A stretch of 64,000 nt of DNA from an uncultured bacterium (lineage in GTDB: Bacteria; Babelota; Babeliae; Babelales; RVW-14): assembly GCA_963759805.1 (NCBI GenBank), contig CAVXAT010000004.1, positions 32,001 through 96,000 of the forward strand. The letters are read 5' to 3'. Made by a program: the position numbers and the translations under genes. The first letter of the stretch is position 1. Every line of letters begins with the position of its first letter. The notes under the pieces are model-generated. The model made no database searches and was not told where the DNA came from. It worked only from the letters and a program-made list of their open reading frames with translations. Positions 59,606-64,000 of this stretch are shown piece by piece.

Positions 59606-61465
59606 ATGAGATTTTTTAGAAAAATAAGTAAAATTTTTAGGGGAATTAGTATTTTGGGTTGCTGTTTTATGTTTTTTTCTTTGGCTCAAGCACACGTTCT
59701 TGTTTTTGTACATCTTGGGCCATCATTGCCGCCATATCTGCAAGATGCAGTTTTTCAGGCCAGTTTATTTAATCCAGTTGATGAAATTTGTGTTATTGTC
59801 AATGAGAAGGCATTAGAAAAATCAAATAATCTTGGAAGATTTACAACCATTTTTACAGCTGAAAATCTGCAATTAACCGAAAGGCATTCTGCCTTTCGAG
59901 AGAAATCAACGCTTGATAAAAGTTTTCGCGATTCATTTTGGTTTTATGCCTCTGAGCGGTTTTTATATTTAGATGATTTTATGCAGCAGTATAACGTCAA
60001 AAATCTGTTTCATATAGAAAGCGACGTTGCTCTTTTTGTTGATCTCCAAGAATTACTGCCTATTTTTCAACAAGAATATCATGACCAAATTGCTGCCGTA
60101 TTTGATAATGATGATAGGTGTATTCCAAGCTTTATTTATGCAGCTAATAAAGATGCAATGGCGCATCTTGCGGCTTTTATGGTTGAAAATGCAGGGTCGG
60201 GTAAAAATGACATGGAAGTGTTAGGGCTCTACAAAAAACAGTACCCTACGAAAATAAAAAATTTACCAATTATTCCATCTTCTTACTCTGAAAGTTATCC
60301 ACTTGTAAGTGCCAGTGGATGTAAAACTCAAAATGCTGCTGCATATTCAACAAATATAGATAAATTTCACTCTGTTTTTGATGCCGCTGCCATTGGTCAA
60401 TATCTGGGCGGAACTGATCCGCGCAATGGGCCATCATCTCCCGGATTTATCAATGAAAGATGTCTTTTTAATCCGGCAAATTTTAGTTACGATTTACAGA
60501 CTGATGTTTATGGGCGATTAATTCCATATTTATTGTTCAATGGTACAAAGTACCGTATTAATAATTTGCATATCCATTCCAAGCACGTAAATCAGTTTTT
60601 ATCAAAAGGTTTTTTTGATGCTAATTATAAATTTACCAACGATCCAATAGATGTTGTAATTCCATGCATAAAAAAAGATCAACGTACATTGGATCTTGTC
60701 ATAGCAGGAATTAAAGAGAATGGGGCTAACATCAGGAATATATATATTGTTGCCCCCGAGAATCTTTTATCGAATCTTTCGTCAAATGCAACTTGGATAG
60801 ATGAAAAAAGTTTCCCATTTACTCAAAAAGATATTGCAATGCAGATATTTGATAATAACGAGGGTAAAGCAGATGAATATAGGAGAAGCAAAGATTCAAG
60901 GACGGGGTGGATATATCAGCAGTTGTTGAAGTTTTATGCTCCGTTTGTTATTCCCGGTATATCCAGTAATGTTTTGATTCTGGATGCTGATACAGTCTTT
61001 TTAAAGCCCGTAAAATTTCAAGCGCAGTCCGGTGCTGCACTCTTTAATCCCTCGCCCGAGTATTATCCCCCATATTTTGAACATGCATGCAGAGTGCTTC
61101 CCGGATTTAGGAAAGTTTTTGCACAATATTCCGGCGTCTCCCATCATATGTTGTTTCAGCGATGTGTGCTGGAGGACTTATTTCAAATTATTAAAGGCAT
61201 TCACAGGGTTGAACCTTGGATTGCTCTTGTTAAAAATATCAACAAAAACCACCTTGCGGGATCAGGACTTTCTGAGTATGAGATATATTTCAACTTTCTT
61301 TTCGCTCATGATGGGCAAGTTCAAATTAGGCTTTTAAAGTGGGTAGAAAGTGGTAACTTGAAAAAATTGCAGGAGTATAAAGACCAGGGATATGATTATG
61401 TCTCTTTTCATTCAAACTATCCCGTAAGCGCAGAATTTAGACATTTCGGTGCTGATGATTTGTAG
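59606..61465 (+). CDS. two-domain glycosyltransferase-like protein (C-terminal DUF6492-like GT-A domain)
   Basis: N domain FVHLG, FW..ERF, HIESD, DAAAIGQY, NLHIHSK; C domain DVVIP, GW.YQQLLK, LDADT.FLKP, HHM, SEYE.Y. Confidence 0.65.
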   Translation: MRFFRKISKIFRGISILGCCFMFFSLAQAHVLVFVHLGPSLPPYLQDAVFQASLFNPVDEICVIVNEKALEKSNNLGRFTTIFTAENLQLTERHSAFREKSTLDKSFRDSFWFYASERFLYLDDFMQQYNVKNLFHIESDVALFVDLQELLPIFQQEYHDQIAAVFDNDDRCIPSFIYAANKDAMAHLAAFMVENAGSGKNDMEVLGLYKKQYPTKIKNLPIIPSSYSESYPLVSASGCKTQNAAAYSTNIDKFHSVFDAAAIGQYLGGTDPRNGPSSPGFINERCLFNPANFSYDLQTDVYGRLIPYLLFNGTKYRINNLHIHSKHVNQFLSKGFFDANYKFTNDPIDVVIPCIKKDQRTLDLVIAGIKENGANIRNIYIVAPENLLSNLSSNATWIDEKSFPFTQKDIAMQIFDNNEGKADEYRRSKDSRTGWIYQQLLKFYAPFVIPGISSNVLILDADTVFLKPVKFQAQSGAALFNPSPEYYPPYFEHACRVLPGFRKVFAQYSGVSHHMLFQRCVLEDLFQIIKGIHRVEPWIALVKNINKNHLAGSGLSEYEIYFNFLFAHDGQVQIRLLKWVESGNLKKLQEYKDQGYDYVSFHSNYPVSAEFRHFGADDL

Positions 61466-61470
61466 TGTGA

Positions 61471-61890
61471 TTACCTTTGTCGAAACCGACAAAAGCGCAA
61501 ATCTACAAATTCAAATGTTTCCTGTACATAAGGGTCATTTGCATACCATTCACCAACCTTCTCATAAGTTACATAAAATTCATCAAACTGATCCCCAACC
61601 TGATCCTCTACTGTGTAAACAGGAATGTAAATATATCTTTGAATTCTTATTTTGTTCTCGTTGTTATCATCCAGAAAAAAGAAGTATTGCATGATAACTG
61701 AATACCCTGCAGCTTTGGTTCTAGGTGAGCATAGCATGCAAGAATCTTGATTAATAAACGGATCTTGCTCAGATCTGACTGCATATTCCGGTAATGGATT
61801 TTTTGCAGCAGCGGCTGATTGGGTTCGAATAAATATACATAAAAATAAAATTAAAATCTTAAGTGATATTTTCATATTACTTTTCTTCAA
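61471..61890 (-). CDS. hypothetical secreted protein
   Basis: 139-aa ORF downstream of leuS, signal-peptide-like N-terminus. Confidence 0.6.
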   Translation of the reverse strand: MKKSNMKISLKILILFLCIFIRTQSAAAAKNPLPEYAVRSEQDPFINQDSCMLCSPRTKAAGYSVIMQYFFFLDDNNENKIRIQRYIYIPVYTVEDQVGDQFDEFYVTYEKVGEWYANDPYVQETFEFVDLRFCRFRQR

Positions 61891-61902
61891 ATTATTTCTC
61901 CC

Positions 61903-64000
61903 TTATTTAACAACAAAACTAATTAAGCGATTGGGGACAAAGACAATTTTTACAATTTGTTTGTCCTGCAGCCAGCTTGCAATAATATTTTTTGCCTGAG
62001 CTTCTACAACGGTTTGTGTTGAATCTTTTGGTAAAACAATTGAGCCACGTAATTTCCCATTAACCTGAATAGCAAATTCAACATCATTTTCTGCTGCAAG
62101 TGCGGCATCAAACGTTGGCCATTTGCAGTTTTCAAGTTGCTTGTCCAGTAACCGTTCAATTAACTCGCTAGAAAAGTGTGGCGTAATAATCGAGATTGCG
62201 ACGAGTAACTGTTCTAGTATATCACGATCAAGTTTGTACTTGTTTTCTGTCAATTCGTTTAGATATTCCATTATCGCAGAAACGGCGGTGTTTACTTTGA
62301 AATCATCAATTCGTTCCTGGTATTTTTTCAAGAAACGGTGAAATGCGCGCTTCGATTTTTCATCGGCATCGCCATGCGTTGCGTCTTTGCCTGCAGGCAG
62401 AATATTTTCAGAATTGGTCAGATATGCCCAAAGGCGATTCAGAAATGAACGTACCCCTTTGATTGAGTCGGACTGCCATTCGCAATCAAGCTCAGGAGGG
62501 CCCATGAACAGTTCATACATTCGCAGTGTATCTGCACCCATATTATCAATAATTTCGTCCGGTGTGACAACATTGCCTTTTGATTTTGACATTTTTTCAA
62601 CGCGACCAGTTATTGAAGACTTCATGCAAACCATTCCCTGGTTGAAAAGTTTTGCAAATGGTTCATCAAAATCAAGATATCCGGCATCGTGTAAAACTTT
62701 AATGTAAAAACGAGAATAGAGAAGATGTAGTACGGCGTGTTCAATTCCGCCAACATAAAGATCAACAGGCATCCAGTATTTTACATCTTTGGGATTGAAA
62801 GCATGTTCATTGTCATGCGGGCTTGTGTAGCGAAGGAAGTACCAGCATGAGCCTGCCCATTGAGGCATTGTGTTTGTTTCACGTTTTGCAGGGCCACCGC
62901 ACTCAGGACAACTGGTATTTACCCATTCTTCAATGCCGGCCAGTGGAGATTCCCCTGTTCCTGTCGGTTCATATTTTTCAACTTCAGGGAGTAGTATGGG
63001 GAGTTGATCTTCCGGAACGGCAACGATCCCACATTTTTTACAATGAACAAGCGGAATTGGTTCGCCCCAGTAACGTTGACGAGAGAATGTCCAGTCTCGT
63101 AATTTATATGTTATGTGTTGTTCAGCAGCCCCTTTTTTGGCAAGAAAGGCGACTATTTTTTTTGCGCCTTCGGTTTTGGCATCCAGTCCGTCAAATTGGT
63201 CACTATTGATCATTGTGCCATCAGCTTCAAATGCTTGAGTTAATTTTCCGTTGGCATCCCTGAGTTCATCGAATGGATTTCTTGATTTGATAACTTCCCT
63301 GATTTGAAGATTAAATTTTTTGGCAAATTCAAAATCGCGCTGATCATGTGCAGGTACGGCCATGATTATACCGGTTCCATAATGTTTAAGAACATAGCTT
63401 GAAAGATAGATAGGAAGCTTTTCGCCATTGACGGGATTGATGGCATATCGGCCTGTAAAAACTCCAGTTTTATCTTTTGTGTCTGTTGTTCTTTCAAGAT
63501 CGCTAAGCTTGGCAACTTCAGTTTGATATGATTTTACTTGTGAGAGCTTATCCGGTGTAGTAATTTTGTCGACTAAATCATGATCCGGGGCCATAACTAT
63601 AAACGACGCACCAAAGAGCGTGTCGGGGCGTGTTGTGAAAACAATTAAATCTATAGTATTATCTGTTTTAAACGTATCTGTTTTAAAAGTAATTTTTGCT
63701 CCAACGCTTTTGCCTATCCAGTTGATTTGCATCAATTTTACTTTTTCAGACCAGTCTAATTTCTCAAGTCCCGAAATCAATTTTTCAGCATATTTAGTAA
63801 TTCTTAAAACCCATTGTCTGATTGGTTTTTGAAATGTTTGTGTTCCGCACCTATCACACGCTCCGCCTACAACCTCTTCATTGGCCAGTCCCGTTAAGCA
63901 TTTTGGACACCAGTTAATGGGCATGTTCTCTTCATATGCAAGCCCCATTTTAAACATTTGCAAAAATATCCACTGTGTCCATCTATAATAATGTGGATCG
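61903..64000 (-). CDS. leuS: leucine--tRNA ligase (5' part beyond window edge)
   Basis: FTTRPDT, YGTG.IMAVPAHDQRD, SRQRYWGEPIP, GGIEHA.LHLLY, KMSKSKGN, QVNGKLR. Confidence 0.98.
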   Translation of the reverse strand, partial: DPHYYRWTQWIFLQMFKMGLAYEENMPINWCPKCLTGLANEEVVGGACDRCGTQTFQKPIRQWVLRITKYAEKLISGLEKLDWSEKVKLMQINWIGKSVGAKITFKTDTFKTDNTIDLIVFTTRPDTLFGASFIVMAPDHDLVDKITTPDKLSQVKSYQTEVAKLSDLERTTDTKDKTGVFTGRYAINPVNGEKLPIYLSSYVLKHYGTGIIMAVPAHDQRDFEFAKKFNLQIREVIKSRNPFDELRDANGKLTQAFEADGTMINSDQFDGLDAKTEGAKKIVAFLAKKGAAEQHITYKLRDWTFSRQRYWGEPIPLVHCKKCGIVAVPEDQLPILLPEVEKYEPTGTGESPLAGIEEWVNTSCPECGGPAKRETNTMPQWAGSCWYFLRYTSPHDNEHAFNPKDVKYWMPVDLYVGGIEHAVLHLLYSRFYIKVLHDAGYLDFDEPFAKLFNQGMVCMKSSITGRVEKMSKSKGNVVTPDEIIDNMGADTLRMYELFMGPPELDCEWQSDSIKGVRSFLNRLWAYLTNSENILPAGKDATHGDADEKSKRAFHRFLKKYQERIDDFKVNTAVSAIMEYLNELTENKYKLDRDILEQLLVAISIITPHFSSELIERLLDKQLENCKWPTFDAALAAENDVEFAIQVNGKLRGSIVLPKDSTQTVVEAQAKNIIASWLQDKQIVKIVFVPNRLISFVVK

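Noticed and set aside
62388..62399. tgcctgcaggca palindrome (LPAG) in leuS as another in-frame repeat
   Set aside because: Only 12 bp and a single copy in the window; compatible with chance
63660..63687. 15-bp tandem duplications (leuS FKTDTFKTD; also tamB LGDKILGDKI near 39553)
   Set aside because: Ordinary slippage duplications with no evidence of a system

Overview
AT-rich bacterial chromosomal window. The gene content and the many signal-peptide hypotheticals, WD40/beta-solenoid giants and eukaryote-like glycosyltransferases resemble Candidatus Dependentiae (TM6/Babeliae, protist parasites); this assignment is inference. Housekeeping genes (ppsA partial, glmM, uppS, gpsA, holB, tmk, ruvA, transaldolase, leuS partial, TamB-like, LptF/G-like) are interleaved with accessory surface and secreted genes. 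Highlights: (1) a 1982-aa acidic secreted protein paired with an outer-membrane beta-barrel gene, with a repeated F-x-T-R-A motif suggesting processing; (2) a modular locus of four 7-bladed propellers on beta-solenoid stalks, with one gene frameshifted and the other (2404 aa reconstructed) split by a 1166-bp IS701-like element with a TAATCA target duplication; (3) a family of GC-rich palindromic elements with covarying stems, nested inside each other and in frame inside genes (tamB, pilin, perhaps leuS), plus a second REP-like family; (4) an autotransporter whose passenger has a TNT-like toxin motif pattern; (5) a DUF4160/DUF2442 cassette bracketed by a duplicated 45-bp terminator; (6) an orphan group IIC intron domain VI; (7) three secreted glycosyltransferase-like genes. 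No rRNA, tRNA or CRISPR array was recognised.
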